Shown: positions 10,321-20,375, counted from the stretch's first letter. The stretch: 64,000 bases of DNA from Vulcanimicrobiota bacterium (GCA_963812155.1 CAWETW010000003.1:1056001-1120000), one strand, 5' to 3'. Numbers and translations are program-made. The notes: generated by a model not told the origin, from the sequence alone.

Positions 10321-11676
10321 TCATTCGTAGTCTGGGGGACGGAAGTCGTTGCGTTGGTGGAGGAAGAAAGGCGGCGCCTTCGGCGCCTTGATCGGCACGA
10401 ACGTGCGCGGCGGTTGTGCGAAGTCGAAGCAGTCTGCGGCCGGCGATGCCGCCCGCGCGTCGGCTGCGGCGAGTCGCCCCAAACCGAAGACGTCTTCGGC
10501 GAACGTGAGCACGCTCGTGGTTTCGTAGGCGACGTGCGAGACGTAGCCCTTTTTCGCAAACGGTGAAATCACGAGCAAGGGCACGCGGAATCCGGTCCCG
10601 TCGTAATTGCGATGAATCGGTGGAACGTGGTCGTAGAGGCCGCCCCAATCGTCCCACAGCACGAAGATGGCGGTGGATTTCCAGAACACGCTCTTTCCGA
10701 TCGTATTGACGATCGAGGCGACCCAGGAGGGACCGTATCCGCCGCCGCACGCGACGTGATCGGAATCGTCGCACAGCGGCGTGATCCATGTGACGGCCGA
10801 CAGCGTCCCGTTCTTGACGTCGCTAAGGAATGAACTCTGCGGCGTAATGACGTCTTTCTTCCAGTCGGACCCGCGGCGAATGTGGCGGACGGCGCGATAC
10901 GCGGACCACAAGCCGGCGGTGCCGCCGGTCGGGCTGACGGCTAAGCTGGTGTAGAAGCGCCAGGGTAGACCCGCCGCGTCGAGTTCGTCGCCGAGGGTTT
11001 TGTAGTTGAAGCAGGGCCGCTCGAAGCCGCCGTAGGTGCGATCGGGTTTGATCGTTGCGACGACGACATGCTTGTCGTCGACGCAGCCCCAAGGTCCGTC
11101 GGGGGTGTTGACGGCATCGTGCGCTTGCGCTGCGATGAGATATTGATGCGCGACGAAGCTTTCGTCGAGCTGCGATGCGAACGTCCGGTCCGAGAGCACC
11201 CACTCGTGCGCCATTGCGAAGTACGGTTTCGTTTCGTCGTGAGGAACGTAGACGTACTGAGAGAGCCGGACCGGTCCGCCCTCGACGCTCTCCCGGTCGA
11301 ACCCGTCCATACGACACTGCGTTCCCGGAAGATGGCCCGTTCCGTCGCAGTCTTCGAACATCGCATTCGACGAGTGATCGATTTGATAGACCGCTTTGAG
11401 GCTGACGGGCTTCAGCGGTATCCAACGGTGCTTCGAATCCTCGCCCTGCGCAACCGTGTCTGCGCCGGGATAGCCTTGAAACAAGTTATCGAAGCTGCGA
11501 TTTTCCTGAATGACGATGACGACGTGCTTGATTTTTCCCGACCCGATCGCATTGTCCGTTGCGAGCAGCTGGTTGTAAGCTGCGACGGGCACGTACGACT
11601 GCGACGACGGCGCACGGCTCGACAACGAGCAGGCGGTGAGCCCGAGCATGGCCGCGATGACAAACGCGTTGCGCAC
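10321..11676 (-). CDS. Phosphoesterase / phospholipase C family lipoprotein
   Basis: IKHVVIVIQENRSFDNLF, WDDWGGLYDHVPP; start placed at GTG 11676 (VRNAFVIAAMLGLTAC). Confidence 0.88.
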   Translation of the reverse strand: MRNAFVIAAMLGLTACSLSSRAPSSQSYVPVAAYNQLLATDNAIGSGKIKHVVIVIQENRSFDNLFQGYPGADTVAQGEDSKHRWIPLKPVSLKAVYQIDHSSNAMFEDCDGTGHLPGTQCRMDGFDRESVEGGPVRLSQYVYVPHDETKPYFAMAHEWVLSDRTFASQLDESFVAHQYLIAAQAHDAVNTPDGPWGCVDDKHVVVATIKPDRTYGGFERPCFNYKTLGDELDAAGLPWRFYTSLAVSPTGGTAGLWSAYRAVRHIRRGSDWKKDVITPQSSFLSDVKNGTLSAVTWITPLCDDSDHVACGGGYGPSWVASIVNTIGKSVFWKSTAIFVLWDDWGGLYDHVPPIHRNYDGTGFRVPLLVISPFAKKGYVSHVAYETTSVLTFAEDVFGLGRLAAADARAASPAADCFDFAQPPRTFVPIKAPKAPPFFLHQRNDFRPPDYE

Positions 11677-11731
11677 CGCTCGTGCTTCTGTCCTTCGGCT
11701 GCGCGCCCTTCGCCTAGAGTGACACGAGGGG

Positions 11732-12727
11732 TTAGTTCGGCAACGAGTTCGGCAAGGTGATGAACGCGCCCGGCGTTCCTCCGCTATAAACTCCCTCGCT
11801 TTTCCCACCGGGATACGTGAGTTCGTCGATCTGAGCTCCGCTGCCGTTCGCATCCATGAGGAACATGTTTTGCGAAGCGGCGTCGAGACGGAAAGTGCCG
11901 GCACAGTACGACGTGTTGAGATCCACTTGCGTTGCCGTCTTCGGAGAGTACGGCGGCGCGTAGATCGTCATGCGGCCGTCGCCGCTGCCGTCGCACGAGT
12001 TCGGATTATCGATGACGATGAGATCGTCGGTAGCCGGATCGATGCCGATGCCGCCGAGGATGCCTTGTTCGGGCTTGAGGTTGAGCGGCGTGCACGTCCA
12101 GGAACTCGTCGGAAACTCAATGACGCCCGCGAAGCTCGAGCCGTAGCCGTTGACGAAGATGTCGCCCTGGTCGTCGACTGCGACTGAAACGGCTTCGCTG
12201 ATGCTTGGGCAAGAGAACGGGCGGCCCGCCGAACGGTCGAGCGGATACCCGACGACGTTTTCGTCATTAATTACGTATGCGGTGTCACCCTTGGCGAGGG
12301 CGATATCGAGGGGCGGTCCGCTGGGATCCGGATAAGTCAGCTGCACCTTGCTACGCAGGTCGTACGTCAACATTACGCTCGGCGATGAGCCCGCGATGGT
12401 TACGAACGTCCCATCGGCGGCCATGCCTGCAGCGCTGTCTATCCTGAGCGAGGACGTGATGGCGACCGGTTTATGGCTGCCACCCTGCTGAATCGTCCAG
12501 TATTCCAGCGTTCCGGTGGAGTTATCGAACGCGACCAGCGCGGGATTTTTGAACAGGCCCGAGCTCGTCCCGAGCGGCGAGCGCTGCGGCTCTGAGGCAG
12601 TGACGGGATCATTCGCGACGCCCGTTGCGAAGTTCGCCGAACAGGCCGGCAGCGTTGCTGCAAGCGCACACGCACTGAACAGGGCTGCGGGAAATTCGAC
12701 GCTTACGAAGCGCGAGTAAAAAGGCAT
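11732..12727 (-). CDS. Secreted protein, probable beta-propeller
   Basis: Signal/lipobox-like LPAC; blade-like motifs VAVDDQGDIFVN and IGIDPATDDLIVID; several Cys. Confidence 0.7.
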   Translation of the reverse strand: MPFYSRFVSVEFPAALFSACALAATLPACSANFATGVANDPVTASEPQRSPLGTSSGLFKNPALVAFDNSTGTLEYWTIQQGGSHKPVAITSSLRIDSAAGMAADGTFVTIAGSSPSVMLTYDLRSKVQLTYPDPSGPPLDIALAKGDTAYVINDENVVGYPLDRSAGRPFSCPSISEAVSVAVDDQGDIFVNGYGSSFAGVIEFPTSSWTCTPLNLKPEQGILGGIGIDPATDDLIVIDNPNSCDGSGDGRMTIYAPPYSPKTATQVDLNTSYCAGTFRLDAASQNMFLMDANGSGAQIDELTYPGGKSEGVYSGGTPGAFITLPNSLPN

Positions 12728-12922
12728 TTGCAGAAGTCCCCCTCATTCGAGTGAACGGTATGGGCGGGGGACCTGCGACGGCGGGAAATTGGAAAAGCGA
12801 ACCGCTTCGGCGTCCCGCTCGATTCGAGGGCTGCCGCCAAACGGTCCGCATTCCGGAAATTTTTCGCGATCGCCACACCCTGCCAAAGAGTTTCGAGCCG
12901 CTCGGCGTCAAACCTACCGGCC

Positions 12923-13588
12923 GTGGACTCGCTGCGTAACGTTGCCGCATGGCCGTTCATTCACGGCTTTTTGTTTGTGTCGCTCGCCCTGTTTCCGATC
13001 GTCAATCCGTTGGGAATGTCGGCAATTTTCATGAGCTACACCGAGGAGCTCGACGAAGGCACCGTCGCGCGGCTGGCACGGCGCGTCGCGATCAATGCGT
13101 TCTTTCTGACTGCGGCGTCGTTCGTCGCGGGTCCGTTGCTGCTCACCTTTTTCGGCCTGAGCCTCGCCGCCGTGCGGCTCGGGGGCGGTCTGCTTCTCGC
13201 ATGGGCCGGCTGGAGGCTCCTGAACCAAGGCCAAGAGGATCCCACGCACCGCGCGCCGGCGGCGTCGGCCGAAGCAATTCTCAGCGGCGCGTTCTATCCG
13301 CTCACGTTACCGCTGACGATCGGGCCTGGGTCGATCGCCGTCATGGTGACGCTCGGCAGCACTATGCTGTTCGGCAGCAGCATCTCGATATGGGACGACG
13401 CGGGCGCGATCGTCGGGCTGCTCGTGTTGTCCGCGGTGATCTATCTCTGCTACAGCCAGGCGGAGCATATCTTGAAGAAGCTCGGAGCGAGCGGCGTGAA
13501 CGTGCTGCTCCGCCTCTCCGCCTTCGTCTTACTGTGCATCGGCGTTCAAATCGCATTGGCCGGATACAATGCGTCGATTCAACACTAG
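12923..13588 (+). CDS. MarC family integral membrane protein
   Basis: LFPIVNPLG, FYPLTLPLTIGPGSIA and LLRLSAFVLLCIGVQ motifs; about 6 TM segments. Confidence 0.9.
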   Translation: MDSLRNVAAWPFIHGFLFVSLALFPIVNPLGMSAIFMSYTEELDEGTVARLARRVAINAFFLTAASFVAGPLLLTFFGLSLAAVRLGGGLLLAWAGWRLLNQGQEDPTHRAPAASAEAILSGAFYPLTLPLTIGPGSIAVMVTLGSTMLFGSSISIWDDAGAIVGLLVLSAVIYLCYSQAEHILKKLGASGVNVLLRLSAFVLLCIGVQIALAGYNASIQH

Positions 13589-15164
13589 GCGCTTCGCGTT
13601 AATAGCGTTAGCCCTTTGCGCGTTATGCGGATGTTCGCGCGGCGCCTACGCGCCGGCGCACGTGTTGCGCATTGCGTACGCCGGCGACCCGGCGTCGCTC
13701 GTGTCGCTGATCGCGGTCGACCAAGAGATCATTGCGACGGCGACGCTGTTCTGCCAGACGCTCGTCGGACTCTCGGCCGAGAATCGTGAGGTGCCGATTT
13801 TAGTGACGCGAGTGCCGTCGCGTCAAAACGGCGATGTTTCCCGCAATGGAATGCGAATCGTCTATCACTTGCGCCGCGGCGTGCGGTTCGCCGACGGCAT
13901 CGAACTGACGTCGGCAGACGTCGCATTCACGTATCGCGCAATCTTCGATCCGCGCAATCGGACGACGTCGATCGAGCCGTATCGCCGCATTCTTTCGCTG
14001 CGAACGCCGGACCGGTACACGGTCGTCGTGCGGCTGCGCGCGCCGTGGAACGCGGCGGTGCGCGTGCTCTTCGCGCAGGCCGACTACGCATTCGGCATTT
14101 TTCCGGAACACGCGTTTGCGGACACGAAAATCGTGGGCACGCGATGGGAGGATGCGCCGTTCGGAACGGGCCCGTTTCGGGTGAAGGAATGGCGCCGGGG
14201 CGACCGCATCCTGTTCGAGCCCAATCCGTACTACCGGCCGAGACCGAAACTGAGCGCGATCGTGATGCAGATCGTCCCGAACCTCGACTCGAACTTCGTC
14301 ACCCTGCGGTCGGGCGCCGCCGACGTCGGCACGCTGACCCCCGAGAACGTCGAGCAGGCCGCACGCCTGCCGGGCGTTCGCGTCATGCGTGTTGCCGAGA
14401 ATGCGACCAACCTGCTCTACACGCAGTTCAAGGCCGCGCCGACCAACGACGTTCACGTGCGCCGGGCCATTGCGTACGCCCTCGACTACAGGGCGCTGGC
14501 AAATGCATGGTTGCACGAATATCCGAGCGCAACGTCGTTTCTAGCGCCGCCGATCGTGACGTGGAAGAGCATCGCCGTGCGGCCGTACCGGCACGATCTC
14601 GCCGCGGCGAAGCGGGAGCTCGACGGGGGCGGCTGGCTCGTCCGCGACGGCGTTCGGCAGCGCGACGGCGTGCCGCTTACCGCGCTGATCGGCGCGGACT
14701 CCGAAAATCCAATCAGCGTCCGCATCGCCACGATGGTGCAGTCGCAGATGGCCGCGATCGGAATGCGCGCCTCGATCAAAACCGATCCCGCTCGAATTTG
14801 GTTTTCGCCGGGCGGATTGCTCCGCAACGGGAAGGCGACGCTGCTGAGCGAATCGTGGGTCGGCGGCAGCGACCCGGAGCAGTCGTTGAACCTGCGATGC
14901 GTGCAGGCGACGCCCGGCGACGAAAACCATTCGTTCTACTGCTCGCCGCGCTTCGAGGCGCTGTTCGACGATCAGGCGACCACGCCCAGCGCGAAGCGTC
15001 GCAACCGCGATTTCGACGCGATGCAGCTGCTGATTCACCAGGACGTTCCGATGATTCCGTTGTTCTATGAGTACCGGCTGCTCGGCGTAAGTCGCCGGGT
15101 GAGCGGCTACCGCATCAACATGTTATTCATGCCGGTCGACGCGGAGCGGTGGGATGCAAACTAA
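13569..15164 (+). CDS. ABC peptide/nickel transporter substrate-binding lipoprotein (family 5)
   Basis: YHLRRGVRFADG.ELTSADVAFTY, GTGPFRVKEW, VRRAIAYALD; lipobox LCGC. Confidence 0.9.
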   Translation: MRRFNTRRFALIALALCALCGCSRGAYAPAHVLRIAYAGDPASLVSLIAVDQEIIATATLFCQTLVGLSAENREVPILVTRVPSRQNGDVSRNGMRIVYHLRRGVRFADGIELTSADVAFTYRAIFDPRNRTTSIEPYRRILSLRTPDRYTVVVRLRAPWNAAVRVLFAQADYAFGIFPEHAFADTKIVGTRWEDAPFGTGPFRVKEWRRGDRILFEPNPYYRPRPKLSAIVMQIVPNLDSNFVTLRSGAADVGTLTPENVEQAARLPGVRVMRVAENATNLLYTQFKAAPTNDVHVRRAIAYALDYRALANAWLHEYPSATSFLAPPIVTWKSIAVRPYRHDLAAAKRELDGGGWLVRDGVRQRDGVPLTALIGADSENPISVRIATMVQSQMAAIGMRASIKTDPARIWFSPGGLLRNGKATLLSESWVGGSDPEQSLNLRCVQATPGDENHSFYCSPRFEALFDDQATTPSAKRRNRDFDAMQLLIHQDVPMIPLFYEYRLLGVSRRVSGYRINMLFMPVDAERWDAN

Positions 15165-15241
15165 ATGTCGTCAACAGAGCGGCCAGCGCATAGGCTAAGA
15201 TGCGTCGTCTCATGACTCTCCCCGGACTTGAGGGGCCCGTG

Positions 15242-16024
15242 CTATCGGCCGTGGACCGAGTCCTGCCGTGCCAACCAGCCGGCGACGACCCACGCTGAGG
15301 CAGCAGCCGCGAGATTATAGGCGTTGCCGCCCCACGCTTCGTGTCCGCGCGGATCTTGGAAAATCCACGGTAGGCATACGAGCGCGCTGAAGACGAGAAG
15401 CATCGCAGTCAATAGGCGCGCTGCGAGAAGATCGAGGATGCCGGTGAGTATTGCGATTCCGGCAAGCATGAACGCGGTGCCGGTGAAGAGCGCCCAAAAT
15501 GCACCACCCGGCGCAAGCCACTTCGGAACGAGCGCCGACACGGCTGCAACGCCGAAGTAGTGGCCGAGTCCGAAGACGATGCAACTGAGGCCGAACGCCC
15601 ACCAGGCGAGGTGCACGGCGCGTGCCTTGCCCGACGAGTCCCCTGAAAAATACGCCCAAACGAGTATGCCGGCTGAGACGAGAATCGCTTGCTGAGCGGC
15701 GCCGTCGAGCACGCCGATGATGTGTGCGGGGCTAAATCCGTAGAGCCGCGTGACCCAGTACAAACGCGGTAACCAGAAGATGCCGAAGACGGCGTAAACC
15801 ACCGCGAGCGCTGCGCCGCCGGCAGCGGCGGTGCGACGCGAGAGTAGCGCCGTGCCCGCGGCGATGAGCCAAACGGCCGTGACGATCGCGAGAAGTTCCC
15901 GCCCCGGCACATGGTCGCCGAAAGCCGTGATCGGTTGCCATCCGAGCGCGAAGTCGTGCCAAATCAAGTTGACGACTCCTGCAGCAACGCTCGCGACGGC
16001 GAAAATGAAGACTCCAGCTCGCAT
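15242..16024 (-). CDS. DoxX-like membrane protein
   Basis: Duplicated hydrophobic half; FGLGHYF..VPKWL.PG..FWA.FTG motif. Confidence 0.7.
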   Translation of the reverse strand: MRAGVFIFAVASVAAGVVNLIWHDFALGWQPITAFGDHVPGRELLAIVTAVWLIAAGTALLSRRTAAAGGAALAVVYAVFGIFWLPRLYWVTRLYGFSPAHIIGVLDGAAQQAILVSAGILVWAYFSGDSSGKARAVHLAWWAFGLSCIVFGLGHYFGVAAVSALVPKWLAPGGAFWALFTGTAFMLAGIAILTGILDLLAARLLTAMLLVFSALVCLPWIFQDPRGHEAWGGNAYNLAAAASAWVVAGWLARQDSVHGR

Positions 16025-16071
16025 CGTAATCAGGAAATGCAACGCGCCAAGGCGGCGTCCTTCGACTGCTG

Positions 16072-16431
16072 CTAGAGCCCGATTTGGCTGAGATTCCACG
16101 CGAATCGCTGCATCGCCGGACTCTCCCACCAGTTGGCGACGATCGCTTCGAGTTCCGGAAGCGCGCGCAATTCCTTTACGTGGCCTTCGATCGCGTTGCG
16201 GTTCGGTTCCGTGCTTCCCACTTCGGCGTGCAGCCGATCGATGGTTGTGTGTGCCGGATGCTCGCCGGGTAAGGCCGCATGCATTTCTTCACGCGGCATC
16301 GGGTCGGGCGCAAGCGGCAGAAGCGTTTCGGCTGCGGTGATGGCTTCTTCGTCGGCAACCATGCCGGTTGCGTCGGCGCCGGTAATGCCGTCACGCAAGC
16401 CGGCGAGGCGTTGTTCGATATCGTCCTTCAT
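16072..16431 (-). CDS. Hypothetical protein (small, helical; DUF4404-like C-terminus)
   Basis: Acidic helical ORF ending NLSQIGL; codirectional with neighbours. Confidence 0.6.
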   Translation of the reverse strand: MKDDIEQRLAGLRDGITGADATGMVADEEAITAAETLLPLAPDPMPREEMHAALPGEHPAHTTIDRLHAEVGSTEPNRNAIEGHVKELRALPELEAIVANWWESPAMQRFAWNLSQIGL

Positions 16432-16484
16432 GCTGCTGGATTAGACGCGCCGCTCATGCGCGTCCTTCGCCCGTCGTCCTTCGT

Positions 16485-17408
16485 CTAGGCGATGCGGCGG
16501 TAAGCGTCGGAGACTCCGGACCATGACACGACGTCCGGATGAATGAGGTGCGCGAGGAGTTCCGTGCCGTCGACGATACGGGGTCCTGGCCTGGCGAAAT
16601 ACGCGTCTGCGTCAACTGCGTAGACGCGTCCGCTTTTCACCGCAGGCAACTCATCCCACTGAGGCAGCGATTGCAAAACCCGAGCTTGTTCCACCGCCCC
16701 GCTCAGGTGGAAACCACACGGCGTGACGATGAGTATTTCGGGTGCCCACGCTACTACGTCGCTCCAGCTTACGCGTCGCGAATCTTCACCGGGATGTCCA
16801 AGCCCGTCGAACCCGCCGGCGATGTGGACCATTTCGGGCAGCCAATGGCCGCAAGAGAAGATCGGATCGACCCATTCGGCGCAGAAGACGCGCGGCCGTT
16901 CCTTCGCGTCGCGCAACGCGGTGCGGACCTTTTCCAAGCGGGATTCGGCGGCCGCTACGAGTGCGTCGCCTGCCGCTTCTTGTCCGGTCGCGGCCGAGAG
17001 TTCGATGACGTTGCGCTGCACGCCGGCCATCGAGTGCGGGCTCATGAACAGCACTGCAGGGGTCGCCTTGAGCGATTGGAGGGCGCGGCCGAGTTCGTTG
17101 CCCGACGGAGCGCAGACTCGGCACAAGTCTTGCGTGACGATGAGATCGGGTTCGAGCTCGTGCAGCAGCAGTTCGTCGATTTCGTAGATGCTCTCGCCGA
17201 GCGCAATGCGAGCCGAGATGATGGCGTCGATCTCCGCGATCGTCATGCCGGCGAGGTTCACGGACGGGCGCGATACAACCGGTTTGCTTCTCGCGTCGTT
17301 CGGGAAATCGCATTCGTGCGTCACGCCGGCGAGCCGGTCGCCGATGCCCAGCGCGTAGACCATTTCCGTGGCCGCCGGCAGAAGCGATACGATGCGTTGG
17401 CCCTTCAT
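16485..17408 (-). CDS. Cobalamin/Fe-siderophore-type ABC substrate-binding protein (no signal peptide)
   Basis: RIVSLLPAATEMVYALG, GVTHECDFP, PDLIVTQDLC.VCA, FARPGPRIVDG motifs. Confidence 0.88.
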   Translation of the reverse strand: MKGQRIVSLLPAATEMVYALGIGDRLAGVTHECDFPNDARSKPVVSRPSVNLAGMTIAEIDAIISARIALGESIYEIDELLLHELEPDLIVTQDLCRVCAPSGNELGRALQSLKATPAVLFMSPHSMAGVQRNVIELSAATGQEAAGDALVAAAESRLEKVRTALRDAKERPRVFCAEWVDPIFSCGHWLPEMVHIAGGFDGLGHPGEDSRRVSWSDVVAWAPEILIVTPCGFHLSGAVEQARVLQSLPQWDELPAVKSGRVYAVDADAYFARPGPRIVDGTELLAHLIHPDVVSWSGVSDAYRRIA

Positions 17409-17476
17409 GGCCGGGAGTGTCTCACGTCGAGGTCCGCGAGTCCTGGCGGAATAAGACGGAAGATTAGGTCGAGCGG

Positions 17477-17896
17477 CTAAACGCGCGGGACTTCGGCGAG
17501 AAAGTCTAAGTCGACAAGTCGGTTGTCGTCGGGAACGGCGTCTTCCAGCCGATCGGTAAGGGTGAAGACCTCGGCCAAGCGCAGGATATCGAAGATGCGG
17601 CGAAGCGCGTCGTTGGGGATCACGATCGTTTCGCGTTGCAGGCCTTTGGCTTTGCGCACCTTATGCAAGCGGATAAACTCGCCGATGGCGGTCGAGTCGA
17701 GATAGCGAACCTCGGTAAGGTCGAGGATGACGTTGCTTACGTCGTTGAGCCGTTCCAACCCGGCACTCAGGCGATCCCGAGTACTGATGTCGAACTCGCC
17801 GATGAGCGTCATGACGACGGTGCGGCCGTCGCTGGATGTCACTTGCGGAGCCATCCCGGCGTGTCCGTTGGTGGAGTGACCTATCTGCTGTTGCAT
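17477..17896 (-). CDS. STAS-domain anti-sigma factor antagonist
   Basis: GEFDIS, VILDLTEVRYLDSTAIG with the phospho-Ser motif. Confidence 0.88.
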   Translation of the reverse strand: MQQQIGHSTNGHAGMAPQVTSSDGRTVVMTLIGEFDISTRDRLSAGLERLNDVSNVILDLTEVRYLDSTAIGEFIRLHKVRKAKGLQRETIVIPNDALRRIFDILRLAEVFTLTDRLEDAVPDDNRLVDLDFLAEVPRV

Positions 17897-18067
17897 CTCA
17901 AAACCCCCCGAGCGACGATCCCGTTATGAATAGTCTACGGTGCGGACGAACGGCAAACAAGATGTGACTGTTATGAATAAATCCCCGGGTTTCATAAATT
18001 TGTCGACGCACATCAGGCGCGAAGCGAAGCACGTTCGGTATGTGATTCGGACCGAGGAACAAGGCGG

Positions 18068-18463
18068 TTACGCACCATTGCGGGACGCGAAGGAGCGCGC
18101 CGCGATCATGAGGGAAACTTGGGCCGGCTCGAGCGGCTGATCGCGCAGGACGGTGAGCGGCGTCAAGTCGTGCAACTGCGGATTGGATCCGTGGAACCAC
18201 GCCCGAGCGAGTTCGCGCGAGGCGACCGTCGAAATCATCAGCGCCATCTGAAGGGCAAAGCGCAGGACGTTGGGGCGTTGGGGCTGGCGCGTTCCCGCAA
18301 TCCATTGCTGCACGGCACGCGTTTCTTGCACTCCGCCGAGAGCCGCCACGGTGGGCGCGCCGAGGAGTTCGACCAAGGACTCGACGACCCGCTCCATCGG
18401 GAGCGACATGGCTTCATTATGGGCGTCGCCCGACGTCAGGACGGGCGCTCGCTGGTCTTTCAT
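18068..18463 (-). CDS. Xre/MbcA/ParS-type antitoxin-like DNA-binding protein
   Basis: HTH-like TVAALGGVQETRAVQQWIAG and C-terminal RAWFHGSNPQL.D.TP..VLR motif. Confidence 0.7.
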   Translation of the reverse strand: MKDQRAPVLTSGDAHNEAMSLPMERVVESLVELLGAPTVAALGGVQETRAVQQWIAGTRQPQRPNVLRFALQMALMISTVASRELARAWFHGSNPQLHDLTPLTVLRDQPLEPAQVSLMIAARSFASRNGA

Positions 18464-18470
18464 GTCAGGT

Positions 18471-18498
18471 AGTATAACAGGGTGAATCCCACTGTCAA
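18471..18498 (-). promoter_or_regulatory. Sigma70-type promoter for a leaderless transcript, with palindromic operator
   Basis: TTGACA-16 nt-TATACT with extended -10 TGn; ATG 7 nt downstream; imperfect palindrome ACAGGGTGAATCCCACTGT spans the spacer. Confidence 0.75.
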
Positions 18499-18512
18499 TA
18501 GCTAGGAAAATA

Positions 18513-20375
18513 ATGGTACGAATCCCGCAGCGGAGCCGCAACCCAGCCGTCGAAGCCGGACGCGTGCACAGGCGCGGCTCGCCGTTACGGGAGTTCATTC
18601 GCTTCGTCTGCGAACGGCTCTCGCTTGCGGTCGTGGCTATCGGCACGATCGTCATGGTGCTCGTCTTCGTCGTGGTCGAAGACAATGCGACGCATATCGG
18701 CTACTTCCCGATCGTCTTCGAACACAACGACAACCGGGTGGAAGTGGAGTCGGCGCCGGCGGGCGGCGAGGCTTTGCGGACCGGCGATCGCGTCGATCTA
18801 GAGGCGCTGACGCAGCCCCAACGGTTCTCGCTCTTGCGCGGAGCGCCGGCCCAGGAAACGATCGCGCTTCAGGCGTCGCGCGGCGAGCGTCGCTTCACCA
18901 CGCACGTCACTGCCAGCGCGGTCGATCATTCGCCGCGTGCCGTTATTGCGCGCGACGTCGGCACGCCGCTGTGCTTCTTCGTATCGCTCGCACTCGCGAG
19001 TGCGCTCTTCTTGATTCAACCGCGCACGATCACGCTCGCTTTTTATCTTTACACGATGCTGATGCTCGTGAAGGTAAACCAGACCGCGCTCGATCTCGCC
19101 AACTGGCCGATCAGCCTGGCGAGCGACCTGGTCATCCAAGTGCTCTATCCGCTGACGCAAATCATGATTCTGGTGTTCGCGCAGCGGCTCTACGGGCGGC
19201 CGAGCCGGCGGTGGCCGTGGTTCTTTTACAGTGCGGTTGCGCTATCGCTCGTCGCGTTCGTCGCATGGGTCGATCCGCTGGTCTGGATCGTCTACCAACG
19301 CTACGGTTTTCCAGGCCCGGCGCAGCTCTTCATGAGTCTTTCCGATATCGCGCTGCTATCGGTAGTCATCGCCGGCTTGGCGTACATTGCGTCGGGCGCG
19401 ACGCTGCTCGACCGCCGGCGCGTCACGTGGGTCGTTGCGGGCATCGCGCTTTCGCCGATTCTGGACCTCACTTGGGCGATCACCAACGCTTTTGCGACGC
19501 TGATCGGCAACAGCTCGACGACGCTGCTGTACGTGCAGCACTGGACGGACGTGCTGGCTCCGTGGTTCGGGCTTGCTGGGTCGGTCTTCGTGGTCTACGG
19601 ATTTTTATCGGAGCGCGTCGTCGATTTTCGCTTTGCGATCGGACGCGCCGCGATCTACGGCGGCGTTACCGCGGTGTTGCTGCTCTGTTTCGGCGCGCTC
19701 GAGTGGTGGGCCGAGAAGATTTTCGAAACGACGCGTCCGGCGATCTATCTGAGCTTGTTTGCAGCATTGGCGATCGGGCTTACGCTCAACGCACTGCACG
19801 GACGGATCGAGGGATGGCTGAACTCGGTTTTCTTTCGCGAGCAGAAGCGCGCCGACGACGCGTTGCGACGCGCAGCGCGGGCGCTCGCAACGACGTCGTC
19901 GGAGAAGACGCTCATCGAGTTTCTCGTCGAAGAGCCGGTGCGCGTGCTCGACCTCACCTCCGCCGCGCTCTTTCTCGCGCGCCGTGAAGGCGGCGAGTTC
20001 GAACGTACCGCAGCGCGTGGCTGGACGCGCGAGGAGACCGAGCGCATCGATCCCGAGGATCCGCTCATCGTCGAACTGCGCGCCGAGCTGGGACCGGTGG
20101 TACTCGACGGCAGGCCGCGCGCCGAAACGATTCTTCCCGGCGGCGCGAAGGCACCGTCGCTGGTCGTTCCCTTGGTAATGCGCGCGACGGTGTTCGGCTT
20201 TGTTTTTTACGGCGTGCGTTCGAGTGGGTTGGCACTCAACCCCGACGAACGCATCTTACTCGAATCCATCGCGGTCAGCGCGGCCGCCGCCTTCGATCAC
20301 ATCGACGCGGAACGTTCGCGGGCGCGGATTCACGAACTCGAGCGGCGGCTCCACGAACTGGGTGCGTCGCCGTAG
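18513..20375 (+). CDS. Multi-TM membrane sensor-like protein with PDZ-like extracellular and C-terminal GAF domain
   Basis: ALRTGDRVD PDZ-like stretch, about 9-10 TM helices, GAF motifs LVVPLVMRATVFGFVFYG and LNPDERILLESIA; short coiled-coil tail. Confidence 0.75.
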   Translation: MVRIPQRSRNPAVEAGRVHRRGSPLREFIRFVCERLSLAVVAIGTIVMVLVFVVVEDNATHIGYFPIVFEHNDNRVEVESAPAGGEALRTGDRVDLEALTQPQRFSLLRGAPAQETIALQASRGERRFTTHVTASAVDHSPRAVIARDVGTPLCFFVSLALASALFLIQPRTITLAFYLYTMLMLVKVNQTALDLANWPISLASDLVIQVLYPLTQIMILVFAQRLYGRPSRRWPWFFYSAVALSLVAFVAWVDPLVWIVYQRYGFPGPAQLFMSLSDIALLSVVIAGLAYIASGATLLDRRRVTWVVAGIALSPILDLTWAITNAFATLIGNSSTTLLYVQHWTDVLAPWFGLAGSVFVVYGFLSERVVDFRFAIGRAAIYGGVTAVLLLCFGALEWWAEKIFETTRPAIYLSLFAALAIGLTLNALHGRIEGWLNSVFFREQKRADDALRRAARALATTSSEKTLIEFLVEEPVRVLDLTSAALFLARREGGEFERTAARGWTREETERIDPEDPLIVELRAELGPVVLDGRPRAETILPGGAKAPSLVVPLVMRATVFGFVFYGVRSSGLALNPDERILLESIAVSAAAAFDHIDAERSRARIHELERRLHELGASP

